DNA of 64,000 bases from Lingula anatina (Eukaryota > Animalia > Brachiopoda). The DNA lies in contig CM120644.1 of the NCBI GenBank assembly GCA_051362555.1, positions 15,832,534-15,896,533 on the forward strand, in the 5' to 3' direction. The notes under the pieces are model-generated. The model saw nothing but the letters and a program-made list of their open reading frames with translations, was not told the DNA's origin and made no database searches. Of this stretch, positions 13,816 through 25,328 are shown in pieces. A program made the position numbers and the translations under genes. Within the stretch, counting starts at the first letter, position 1. Each line of letters starts with the position of its first letter.

Positions 13816-14407
13816 CGTGACAGCCGAGAACCCTTGAAGAATGGGACTTAATTACGGTGTGCTTTCTGATATGCATGTGCAGTTTGAGGCATCTATATAA
13901 TGCTCTCCTCTATCCACATTACGCTAAAAGAATTACCAGTGACAAGTAATGAAATGAGGACGCCAACAATACAGATTTTAGCGCGCTTGTATGTATCCGA
14001 AATTGAGTTAAAGATATCGATGTGCTGTTAAAGCTGTGGTCATTTGCCATATTAGGTTTTGGCCATTTGCCGGGATCTCTTTCTTTAACATCTCTCTTAT
14101 TTGGCCAAGGCGTCGTTATTTAATCTCAACTCTCGTTCTAGTAAAACTAGAGAAACTGAATTACTTGCGATTATCATGATGAATCCCAGACCCAAAGTTG
14201 CCAAAAAGACGCTCTGGCAAATAACTTCTTGAATCATCCACTGAATGAGTGCAATACCAGGGTTTATTCTTGATCATTTAGCCCTCTCTCTCTCTCTCTC
14301 TCCTCATTGAAACGCCATTTACCTTTGGCGCAAGATATAAACTGCTGCCATAGTGCATGGTAATTTAATTAAAATGGACAAACGCCGACAGCATGCCAGT
14401 AGAACTT

Positions 14408-14579
14408 CAGGCCCGTAGCCAGGGGGGTTCAGGGGGTTCGAAAGAACCCCCCTTTTTGCTGGAAAAAGGTCCACTCTGGGTAAAATTTGACCTAGGTACA
14501 TGGGGATTATATGGTAAAAGGTCCACTTTTTCAGAAAAAGAACCCCCCCCCCCCTTTCAAATTGCTGGCTACGGGCCTG
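14408..14579 (-). mobile_element. MITE family B, copy 2 (inverted relative to copy 1)
   Basis: Perfect 15-bp TIRs caggcccgtagccag / ctggctacgggcctg and a 5-bp target-site duplication AACTT (14403-14407 and 14580-14584). Confidence 0.9.
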
Positions 14580-15131
14580 AACTTGTTAACATATGCTGTA
14601 AGAAAACACAAACTCAACGAGTATGACGTCGTGGATTGACGTAACGCACGAGAAAACTTTCTTGTACTTGGCTCCTTTTTGAGGTCAGGCGTAAATTCAA
14701 TAATTAACAGCTTAATTGATTTAGGATTGTTTTTCTCATTAGAAATGCATGTATGATCCAGAAATTGCGGAGGTTACCGTAAAATAAATACTGCTCAGTA
14801 AGGCAAAAATGTTGGTGGGCGTGTACTAAAGAGGCGGCAATATTGTGGTTCAAGTACTGTCTCTTTTGTTTACTTTAGTTGCATTAGCCACCTACTAGCA
14901 TGGACCCTACAGGGCGGGGGTAGAGGTAGGGGTAGGGTAAATGTTCCCCCTGGCGACTCAGTGGTTGCACGGGGCATCGTGAGTATAGTAACTGGACACG
15001 GCTGGTTGGGAAAAAAAGCTCAAGTGACCAGCAATGAAATGCAGTCCGATGGACAATAGTGACTTGGAATTCGGAGAAATATTTCAAGGTGCTGCCGAAG
15101 ACTATTTAATTTACCATCACAGATGGTCGTT

Positions 15132-15133
<2 letters not shown>

Positions 15134-15187
<54 letters not shown>

Positions 15188-15220
15188 TGAGTGCGTGCGT
15201 GCGTGTCTGTGCGTGCGGGT
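15134..15220. repeat. (GT)n/(GCGT)n compound microsatellite
   Basis: Directly visible. Confidence 0.95.
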
Positions 15221-15359
15221 GTGACCGTAGCATGTATTCAATTAAAATTTTCCAACATTTACAAGGGTAAAATGAGCTACTTTTTCTTCCTTCCTATTAT
15301 ATGATCATAAAACCGATCGTGATAAATAGTTATTTCGGTACATGTACAATGACGGTTAA

Positions 15360-15660
15360 AACACAGATAATCTGACAGACAGACCGCATATTAATTAACA
15401 GACAGATATACAGACGGACAGCCAGGCAAAGAAAAACAGACAGATTGACAAACAGACAGGCGGATGGAAGAACCTAAAAACAGCGGAATGACGGCTAGGG
15501 TAAAAGATAAGCAAACAGGCAAACAGAGAGAGAGGGAAAGTGAGACAGAGAGCACAGATAGCGATAGACGTCTATGTAAAATGACCAGATAACAATTAAA
15601 GACAGATCAAACAGCGGAAAAGAGAGACGGACAGAAAATCAGATACACAAGCAAAGAGAA
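15360..15660. repeat. Degenerate (GACA/GATA)n low-complexity tract
   Basis: Recurrent cagaca/cagata/gacgga units over about 300 bp. Confidence 0.7.
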
Positions 15661-16287
15661 CACACTATTAGTAAACTACGATTACCCAAGCATCAAGTTG
15701 TGTAAGTCTCATTTCCCCTGCCGTCACAACCACAAATGTGTTAGGTGAGGCTGCGCATTCCGCGATTCACGAGGAATTTGATGCCATAAATCTCAAAAAG
15801 CAATCAGTGTTTTATATCTTGCTAATCTCAGTTTGAAATGAGATGCCACAGACCAAAATGTTAATTTAAGTGGAACTGTTATTTGTATTTCAATGAAAAA
15901 GACATTCCCAAACCCCTAGGTCATAGAACTATCTCACTTTCTTTTCTCTCCCTTGGTTTCCGCATTCTTATTTTCTTCGTACTCAGAAGCCAATGCCCTG
16001 ATGAGTTATTCACATATAGGAGTGATCATCAATATATTAACGTCCATAACGCTAATGTCACCCTTTATGTGTCGTTTACGGCTTACTCGTTATTTTGTTC
16101 CAAAATATATTTATATTTTTGCTTATTCTTTCCGCCACATATATAGTTCACCGGTCTCTGTTTCCTTTAAGAAAATGACTCAAAAACTTGCAACTTTGAA
16201 GTAGACAACGGGTTTTTGGGTGGAGATTCGTTGAACTGTTTTGGGTTAGTGTACTTTAATGGTAGTTTAGCTAAATAACTGAATCAA

Positions 16288-16318
<31 letters not shown>

Positions 16319-17406
16319 GATGATTTCTTTAGGTCTGACGCTCACTGAGTGTCGAGGGGTCCCAACGGAGTTCGGTCGATCTACGTAGAACAATAATTTC
16401 ATTGGAAATGAGCCATTAAACACCATTTAATCCTTAAAATCCAAATAGTTTGGACTACAACAAAAGATACGGACACGGAATACAGGATATTTGGTACGAG
16501 TTACGATTAAGATTCGTAGAAAAAAATCATCCTACATCCTTTTCACGGTCTGCGGGAGTGTGAAATTGACAAAGATGATGCGTGAAATAAACGGTCAGTC
16601 ATTGTTTAACACTGGGGACAATTTCACAGCACATTCACCGTATTGTTTGTAGGATAGGCGCTGGCGGATCCAGAGGTTTGTTCTCTCAGATGGAACACAA
16701 GGAAAATAGTTTTGTTTTGATTCACTCGGCAGATATTGATTGATAGTCGAGGACAGTTAAACTGTAGGCTACTGTAATATGTAGCCCGTAGGAGTAAGAA
16801 ATTGCTCGTTTTCCCTTGCCATGTGTGTGTGTGTGTGTGTATGTGTGTGTGTGTGTTTCTATCGGGTAGTTAAGAGAATGCCAGGTTGAATAAGGGGTAC
16901 CGGACATCTGAAGTTAAGAATGGGGGTTGGGGGGGTTGGAGGGAGCGCTGACCACTGTAAACCACCGCCCCCCCCCCCCCCCACACACACACACACACCA
17001 TTCAAATAAGCCATTGATATATATATATATATACACCCTATCTAAAACGGCCATCTAAAACACGCCGTGACATGACTCGAGTTTCTCAAATGACCTCAAG
17101 GCTAACAATGCTATAAATGGTGTGTATGACGCGTGAATTGACTCTTAGTGCACCATCATCCCAGACAAATTACCCCGCTCAGGTACCGCCTAACTGTTTA
17201 CTGTTGGTAAATGTGAATGGAATGCGCCGCTTGCTCATTTCAAAATAAGCACACGGTTGTAGGTATTATAAATACAATGGTGACTGTGTCTAATGTCGAT
17301 ATGAACGAAAATTATTTTCAAAATTGTCGTCTTTATTCCAACCTTCTTTCTGAATTAAAAAATTAAACCCATTCAGTTGCTCTCAGCAAAAATATCTCTC
17401 TCTTCA

Positions 17407-17410
<4 letters not shown>

Positions 17411-17461
<51 letters not shown>
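17411..17461. repeat. (TC)n microsatellite
   Basis: Directly visible. Confidence 0.95.
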
Positions 17462-17463
<2 letters not shown>

Positions 17464-18463
17464 GTCAAAGTTAGCCTCCAAAGAATATGACATACAAATA
17501 GCAAAAATATAGTTCAGTCACTTCCATCTTCGCATACTGGTGCCTCCAAGAATCCAAATGGCGTTAAATTGCTTGTGATAACTTCTTTGACTAGAAACAA
17601 TTCAAACCATACAGAAGGAAAAGGAAATTGTAGTTTAATTGTTCTGCTACGTTGCCTCCATGCTTGATTAAGCAGAAAAAATATTTTACTTTTTTCTCTT
17701 TTGTGTGGTATAATTAGTACGCATGTGCAAATTGACAAAAGATGGCGGAAACTTTCAAGGAACTATCCATCTTCCTCACAACCTGCTTTCGACAGAGAAA
17801 GGATATGGGTGGTTTTCCAAGTGACATCCTCTTGTACAAAGCGTCCCGATAATTTCTCAAGTTTGATTCAGCAATAAACCTCCAGCGTTTCCTAAACAAA
17901 AACGCATTGTCCGCCGTTTCAAAGCAGATTTCATAAATGAGCTTCGATTAAACAAATTGTTGTAACGATTGGGATTCGAACGCGGAAAACAGCAGTATTT
18001 TTCCATAATCTAGATCTGACTAAGACTGAGTCACAAACTGCCTTTTGATATTCACCGCGGACAGAAAATAAAAATCTACATTACTGGGCGCAATATCTAT
18101 GTAAACGCTATTATTAACTAAGGGCGAGAGAAATAAAGTCTACATACTGACCAACTTTTGCGTGGACAACTTACCACATCCATGACTAAAATGCATAAAA
18201 TTACTCCTTACAAGAGCTAAATTATTAGCTTAAGCTGACCGTAATACCAGTAAAAGTAGTGAGGAGTGAATTATGGTTCTAGACAATGTACATTTAAACG
18301 ATAAACCAAGAGGTAATGTTCTTTATTGACAGAACTTATCTGTTAAGCGTGTTGTAAAATTAAATGCGTCTCATAATGTTACGATAAAATAGATTTCGGG
18401 AACAAGTTTTCCATTTTTAAGGAAAGGCTATGGAAAATTAAGTTGAAACTATATTGTGCATGC

Positions 18464-18553
18464 TTTACACACACACGCGCGCGCACACACTTGTGCCCGC
18501 ACACACACAAACATGCAGGTAAACACACGCACTCGTACATGCATTTCCCCATG

Positions 18554-18596
<43 letters not shown>

Positions 18597-18612
18597 AACA
18601 CGCACGTGCACG
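18464..18612. repeat. (CA)n-rich imperfect microsatellite
   Basis: Directly visible. It explains the ORFs at 18379-18749. Confidence 0.9.
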
Positions 18613-19726
18613 CATATATTCTCTCACACGTTTTACCTACTGATATGCTACGCAAGTTGAGATGGTTGTTTTATATCTCTCTGTGCTTCACCACTCACTA
18701 TTTTTTACGTATGACAATGGTTTTTAAATTATGCGATGGGTATTCGTAAAAGGAATCTAATAAAAAAAAGATGAACACCCAATTTTATTTTTCACAGCTT
18801 CCATTATATAACTTTTTACAACATCTCAGAATCTCGCGATTTTACATAATTTACATGTAAAAACCGTGTATCTTTCGTTAAGTGTAAAAATCAGAAGGTA
18901 CATAAATACATGCTTATCTAGAAAAACCAAAAAGTATGAAATTTAAAATGCGGAGACTTTAACACGAAGGCATGTGGTCTTTTAGATGAGGCTTGTTCTG
19001 AATATAAGTATTTATGTGCCATTAATATAGAAATAATTCAAAAATGCAAGCACCGCAATTAACGCACCAGGAACTGTGATTTAGTTTACCTTCCAAGATG
19101 TTAAGAAGACCCTTCATTTCAACTTGATGCGGTTTTTAAGTCATTAATGTACTTTATTATTCTAAAGTGTCGAGAAAGGAGCGAGTCAGTTGATATTAAT
19201 GGCACTTAATGAAAAAGTATTAAAACCGTGCCTTAGACACAGTTAGTCAAACAATAAATTATTCAGTCCTAAATGTGAATTTAACGGCCATACGTCTTTG
19301 TGTTATTTCTATTAAATATCACAAAAAAGTTTTCAAAGTTTGAATTATTTCATCATATTATTTTATGTTGGTCAATATTTCAAGAAAGACGGGGCAGTAA
19401 TTTGCATTATTTTCTAATTGAAAACGGTTGGAATTTACTATCATTGCATGCCGGTGGCCTACTCTGTACCGAAGCAAATGTACACTCACAGGTGAACGCT
19501 TACAGGTATATGTATTTGGGGACACACATTCAGTTCAGCAGACGCCCTTGAGTTACGCTGCAGACGACACGCGTTCAAAACAGACGACAATCGATTTGAG
19601 CAAAAACATAGACAGTTGACGATTTTATTTGAATGGAATTCTAAATGTCTATACTTGCTGTCGTTAATCCATTCAAATTATGGACATCACTGCATAATTT
19701 TGAATGATTTTCGAGCAAACGTGACA

Positions 19727-19736
19727 CCGCCATTTT
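19727..19736 (+). promoter_or_regulatory. YY1-like motif just upstream of the start codon
   Basis: CCGCCATTTT matches the YY1 consensus CCGCCATNTT and ends 18 nt before aagccATG. A TCAGTT Inr-like motif lies at 19530-19535. Confidence 0.3.
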
Positions 19737-19754
19737 GTTGGGGTTAAGAAAGCC

Positions 19755-19875
19755 ATGTCGACTCTTTGGGGCATGAAGCAGACACTGGGAGACAAGCAAG
19801 GAACAACACTACAACAATGGCTGACAATCATCTGCCTTTCTCTTCTAGGACTTTCAGGGATTGCACTAGCTCAAG
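19755..19875 (+). CDS. Secreted chitin-binding/CysD protein, coding exon 1 (signal peptide)
   Basis: gccATG in good Kozak context. Encodes MSTLWGMKQ...WLTIICLSLLGLSGIALA-Q (hydrophobic core plus A-x-A cleavage site). Phase-1 donor CAAG|gtaat joins in frame to the exon at 22171. Confidence 0.75.
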
Positions 19876-22170
19876 GTAATGTAGCAGACATTTTTATTCT
19901 TAGACTACTTTCACTACAAGTTAGTCAATTAGCATACCATTCACGTTGTCTAGGATCCACCCTTCTTGCGTAATGTTTCTTCTTTGAAATTGACACAGAT
20001 ATTTCATCATAGATGTAAATAAAAGCGGAGGAGATATAATTTTACAAAAAAAACTTAATAACGAATAACATTAAAAGCACCGTCTGCCATACATGTATGG
20101 TAGCCCCCCTCTCCTATTATGTGCGATAGGTTTATATCTAACCCCGTGAAGCATGCAGTCACATTAACAAGTACATATGCCACTTAATTGTACTAAATGG
20201 GCAAATAGACCCTTTCTAAGGTCTGACAAGTTCATAGTTATTATAACATATCTACATGTACCACATAAACATCTTGGAAGAGACTTAGAATACTAAATTG
20301 CAAAGAGACAGTAATAATCTTAGCCATTAGCTTATACATGTATACACGTACATGTTTGAAAATGAGGAAAGAATAAAGATCCTGTCAATTAACTGAGTAG
20401 GCAGTAAAATTGACTAACAAAGATGATATTTCACTTCTACGTGCCTATATTTGTCGACAATAACCCCCCTTTCCATCTTACAAGCGAAAGGAGACAGACG
20501 TCTAATCTACGTAGTGCTATACAAACATATTCTGATCCTTCCAATATAATTATCATGCTGATATTAAAGGGATAATAACTCTTCGTTTCGGCCAAAAAAT
20601 GAACTTTCCTGGAGTAAACAACACTTTTTCCATACATTTTCCAGTGGTTAATGAATCCATTTTTACATTCAAAGTTAGTCCCTGTTTTTTTTTTTTTTTT
20701 TTTTTCTAAAAAGTTTGGTTTTTTGTTAAAATCTCTAGTACTGGAAGTGATGATTGTTTTGTTGTTCTTGTTGTTGTTGTTGTTGTTGTTTTCGATGGTG
20801 GTGGTGGTGTTATTGTTGTTGTTGTTGTAACTGTAGTAATAAGGTAGCTTTGCTAGTAGTAGAAATGTACGGCAGTATTTGTATAACCTCCTTGATAAAT
20901 TATTTCAATTATAAGGACTACAATGGATTTACTTAAGGTTCCAAGAGACTCCCATATCCGGTCTTAAAGCAAACGTTCAATTTCAATATCTTTTAACTTA
21001 ATTAAGAACTTCGTAAAACCTTCTCCTTGGCAACTTAAACCGCTGCTGTATGCTTGGTAGACGCCTTATGATCGCAGTGAAATCTAACTAGTGGCAGTTG
21101 GCAAAGAAGTCTTAACACGGACAGGCACCAAAGAAATAGGCATACGATATATATAAATTAATTATGTCATTTAAAATGGAAAGCTATTAGATTAGAAAAT
21201 GTCTAGAATAATAATGCATTGATGGTACATGTATGTTAAATTATGCTCATTTCGATGTTACAGATAGCCGATTGTTACCTTTAAATGAACTACTTTCTTA
21301 TCATAATTGCATCGCAAAAAAACTCCTGACATGGACAACGCCTTATTATACACCGCTGTCAGCCGCAGTAGGGGATAATGTACGACGAAATTTTTTTCAT
21401 TCCTTTAACAACAAGGCGCATTAATCTCTAGGTTTTGATGACTTTTGAAAAAAAAAACTGGCTACTTAGGTGATGGCAACAACTCATTACCAACAAAATT
21501 CCTTCTAGGGCATTCAAATAAAGGGAAATATCGCAGATTTATAGGTTTTGAAAACGATGCTGTCAGCGGCGCTGCGTTTTTAACTCAAACTCATCTATGT
21601 TAAATTCCTAGACTTAATTTTTTTTTAATATTTTAGGTATTTCAACGATTTTTCATCTCCGCTATCGCCATATCTAAAGATTTTAAGAACGGCGATGTCA
21701 ACAGCATTTGGTTTTATTCGTCATCTTGATTTGCATTTAAATTATTTTAATTTCAGGTAAAACTGTTTTTTTTTTCCTTATCAGTATAATAAAAGCCACG
21801 GCAATCATACCCGTAAATTTTGACAGATACAATTTCACTGACATTTCACTTATCAAATTCGTAATTCCCTTTCTTAAGTTATTCCAATATTACAGATTGT
21901 ACTGTGTTTTAATCATCACGATAAGCAAACCTGTATCCATAAAAATCACTGACTATCTCTTAATTCCCGTTCTTCGGTCATTTGAATGTTGCAGGTTATA
22001 CTACATTCTAGAATTTCAATTTCTAAAGTTTAAATTTTAGCATACATGAATTTGTAGATGCTCTAGGAAATCGATAACGTTCTAATTAAAAACGCTGCAT
22101 TTTCTTTCGTACCTATCACAATTCCAGTTCTCTAAATATTTCCATATTTATTTCCAAACATTTCCAAAAG

Positions 22171-22407
22171 TCATGCTGTGCGAAGACAACGGGGACTACA
22201 TCGCCGACTTCTACGACCATTGTATCTACTACCGCTGTGTCGTTAACCCCGCCGATAAACTCTTCTTCATCTATAAAATGCCCTGTCCGCCTGGGACCCG
22301 AGTGCGCTCGGAATTTCTAAAACTGGGGACGTTACACGACGAGGCCCCGTGTGCGATGAGGAGAAAACGATCGACGAGGCGCAGGCCCGACCCATGCGAG
22401 CGCCACG
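22171..22407 (+). CDS. Secreted chitin-binding/CysD protein, exon 2 (chitin-binding type 2 / peritrophin-A-like domain)
   Basis: Acceptor ttccaaaag|, donor CACG|gtgagt (phase 1-1). Encodes CEDNGDYIADFYDHCIYYRC...YKMPCPPGT...APC...DPC: six Cys with the aromatic YYxC and CPxGT motifs typical of CBM14. GC-rich coding-like composition. Confidence 0.85.
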
Positions 22408-22874
22408 GTGAGTGTGATGTTTTAACATTGTTTTGTAATCTTATGCGCTGAAACTTTTAAATTTCTACACTTACTTGAGCTGTACTTGACAAAGTTTTCG
22501 CTTACTACTGTTATCTTCTCTGTTTTACAAACACGAATATAAGCCTGGAAGAGTCATTCTTAATAGACGTGACAAATACGGAAAAATATAGTTATGTGTG
22601 CATGAATTGATAAGAGTCTCTGAGGCCAATTTGATATTTTTAATACAACAGAATCATATAGTTGCAAGTTGAAAATGTCATTTTATAGACATTATTTGCT
22701 GTCAATTTTTTTTTTAAGATACAAAAGAATCACATAGTTGTAAGCTGGAAGTGTCATTTTATTAGCATTCGTACGTTGAGAAGTACTCAAAGTACGAATT
22801 AAAATTACTGACGGTTTACTATAAATCTGTGAAGATAATCATGTATGTTTTTTTTTGTTATTTTTTTTTCAAAG

Positions 22875-22960
22875 CTTGGTCTGCCTGGATGAACATGGAC
22901 CAGGGAGATGAAGTCGGCGGCGAGGACAATGAATTATATGACAGGCTTGAAACTAAACCG
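22875..22960 (+). CDS. Secreted chitin-binding/CysD protein, exon 3 (WxxW half of CysD; absent from ORF track)
   Basis: Poly-T acceptor ttttcaaag|, donor CCG|gtaagt (phase 1-0). Encodes (A)WSAWMNMDQGDEVGGEDNELYDRLETKP, matching the WxxW..D...GGD.E start of Mucin2_WxxW/CysD domains. Confidence 0.85.
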
Positions 22961-22993
22961 GTAAGTAAAAGGAATGTTTGAAATAATCTGTGT

Positions 22994-23080
22994 GAGAGAG
23001 AGAGAGAGGGAAGAAAGATTGAGGGGCAAGAGAGAAGAGAAAGAGATACATAGGACGAGAGAGAGAGAGAAACAGAGTGC

Positions 23081-23111
<31 letters not shown>

Positions 23112-23147
23112 GAGAGAGAAACATAGAACGAGAGAGAGAGAGGGGAG
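22994..23147. repeat. (GA)n-rich tract in intron 3
   Basis: Directly visible. It explains the minus-strand SLSL ORFs. Confidence 0.9.
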
Positions 23148-23272
23148 GATTGTGCACCAGTAATGATCATCACTGGTCAGTCTTCTTTACATTTTTCTCC
23201 ATCCTTTCTATTTCGATCTTCTCCGTTTTCAGCTCTCATTTTATACTTTTTTTATCCTCTTCCCTCCCCCAG

Positions 23273-23647
23273 AGTCCCTGCGCGCCAAACAAACCTCCAA
23301 TCGCCGCCGAGTGTCGCAGACGAGTGGACTACATGGACTCCACGGAGACCGGTCAGTACTTCGCCATCCCCTGCAGCTCCCAGGGGCTACTCTGCATAGA
23401 TGACCACAACCTGCTGACCATTAATAAGACATGCGACGACTACGAGGTCCGTTTCTACTGTCCATTGGTCTGGCCCGAAGGACAGGAACTCTTAAGACAG
23501 AATGACCTGGTCGGACAAGAGCCATCCGTGCTGACCGGAAATGGCCCTGATGTTGACCCCAACGCCGACGGTGCCACTGCCGGGGTCGCTCAGGGCGAAA
23601 AAATAAGGACGAAATTAACTGGTGGTGGCCAGCAAGAAGCTGGTTGA
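23273..23647 (+). CDS. Secreted chitin-binding/CysD protein, terminal exon 4 (rest of CysD plus acidic Gly-rich tail)
   Basis: Polypyrimidine acceptor ctcccccag|. Encodes SPC...PIAAECR...GQ...CSSQGLLC...CDDYEVRFYC (CysD signature C.DYEVRF.C), then the tail and TGA. The four exons total 819 nt = 272 aa plus stop. Confidence 0.88.
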   Translation, partial: SPCAPNKPPIAAECRRRVDYMDSTETGQYFAIPCSSQGLLCIDDHNLLTINKTCDDYEVRFYCPLVWPEGQELLRQNDLVGQEPSVLTGNGPDVDPNADGATAGVAQGEKIRTKLTGGGQQEAG

Positions 23648-23762
23648 AACATTAACAGCAATATAGAGGATTTGAAAACGCCAAGCGTCAGACGAACAGG
23701 GCATTTCGTGTAAGACAATTTGGTCATTAGGGACCATTTCCAGACCTTATTGTACTAACTGT

Positions 23763-23871
23763 GGATCGATCTATCTCCAAAGGGGATTTTCGTTAAATTG
23801 CAATTAACTTAAATGTCCTTCACACCTTCTGAAGCTGCTAGGGGGTAAACTCCTTGGAGATGGATAAATCC
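23763..23871. repeat. Imperfect inverted repeat (probable MITE remnant) in the 3' UTR
   Basis: ggatcgatctatctccaaaggggatttt versus aaactccttggagatggataaatcc. Confidence 0.6.
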
Positions 23872-25316
23872 TGTTAGATCGATCTAGGTATGGGAACCCA
23901 GTCTTATATTTATTTTGCATTACATATATCGTTTACATATTTAGTTAGGACTCTATGGAAGTCGTAGTAACATTTTTAAAATTTTCATGAACTGGTAAAT
24001 GTATAATAACTCTTGAATAATGGGACCAATATAGACGCGTAGGAATCCCATTTTTTAGATGAGTTGATAACCATACATAAAAATAAACATTTTTTTAGTT
24101 TGACGCAATATCTTAAATAATAATTAAGTATACCGGGTACATCTGACTTAAAGAATTTAACGGAATAATTAGCCACCTGTTTACAAGGCATAGGACTGAC
24201 GTGGGTGAAAAAGAGGGTTTAAGCCCCACTGACCACCCACCCCTTCCCCCACCCTCCGTAATACAAATGTAGGGAATCCTAGTATCTGAAATGATTCACC
24301 TCCCTGCATCTGCTGCACAGGTATTATATTGCTTCTGTTGCGAATGACGCGCGCACAATTTCTTCCCTAGACCAACTACCGCAATTGCGATAGTACATAG
24401 CGTTTAGCCTGTCACAAAAATGAACGTTAAGCAGGTATATACACAGTAGAGTTTTTTCCACGACCACTTACGTGTTCGGTGTGTAGAAAGCAAGGTTTTA
24501 CTTATATTAAATGGTGCACTATGGTTTGCAAAGTATACTCATATGATAACACTCCGCTAACCATGCACAGAAAACAGTTAGTGATTCTTAAAACTATCGA
24601 TAATTGCTGTAACACAAGCATTCCTCGGTTAATTAGAATATTGAGAAGAAATCTAAAAAAAGGTTAGCTTGACTTGATAGTAGATGTCAGTGATGCCATA
24701 AGATGGCCATAAATAAATGCAGGCGCGAAGGAAAGTAAATTAAATAAACGTCGGTGGGTGAGGGGAGGATTCTCTTGCTGCCTGCACAGAGCTTGACTCA
24801 GTTAAAAGAGTAGAGGATTTGTAATATTCAAGGTCTGAATGAAGAAATCGAAGTTTTTTGATATGAAAATATGGCTGTGCATATACTGTAAAGTGTGAGT
24901 GTTAATTGGGACAGGACAATGTAACGCCGAAAGGTGGCGCCTAGGACGCTCATTGTAGCTTGCATAGCTAAGCATACTGTATATTCGCTACCTCTGCCCA
25001 TTATGGGAATACCACTCGTGTTCTTTTAGCAAAATTATCGACTGTAATTCCTTTTTATTGGAAGTAAACGATGAAGTTATCTCATCCATTTTGTGTTGGC
25101 AACATTGTGAATCGCTGTGATATCTTTCGTCGACGAATTTCTTTAATGATTATCTTTTATTTTCAAGAACGCGTTTCGCGTGTCGTGCAGCCCATTCGCT
25201 ATTTAATCATCGCTGTGGTTTTAATTTAACGAGGAAAGGGAATAACGAGGAGAGTTACAAAGAAAATGAGGAAAACGACAATTACGTCGCTGAGACGGTC
25301 TAGCTACACTGTAGTA

Positions 25317-25328
25317 AATAAAAATAAA
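25317..25328 (+). terminator. Candidate polyadenylation signal of the chitin-binding/CysD gene
   Basis: Tandem AATAAAAATAAA followed about 25-40 nt later by a T/GT-rich tract. Other AATAAA sites near 24082 and 24712 are alternatives. Confidence 0.35.

Noticed and set aside
13426-13851. 141-aa ATG ORF between inverted MITEs (looked like transposon cargo)
   Set aside because: Its second half is a palindromic MITE (13641-13815) and it has no transposase motifs. Most likely a chance ORF.
17965-18036. Minus-strand B-box-like GTTCGAATCC suggesting a tRNA or SINE head
   Set aside because: The A-box is weak and no cloverleaf can be drawn. At most a decayed SINE fragment.
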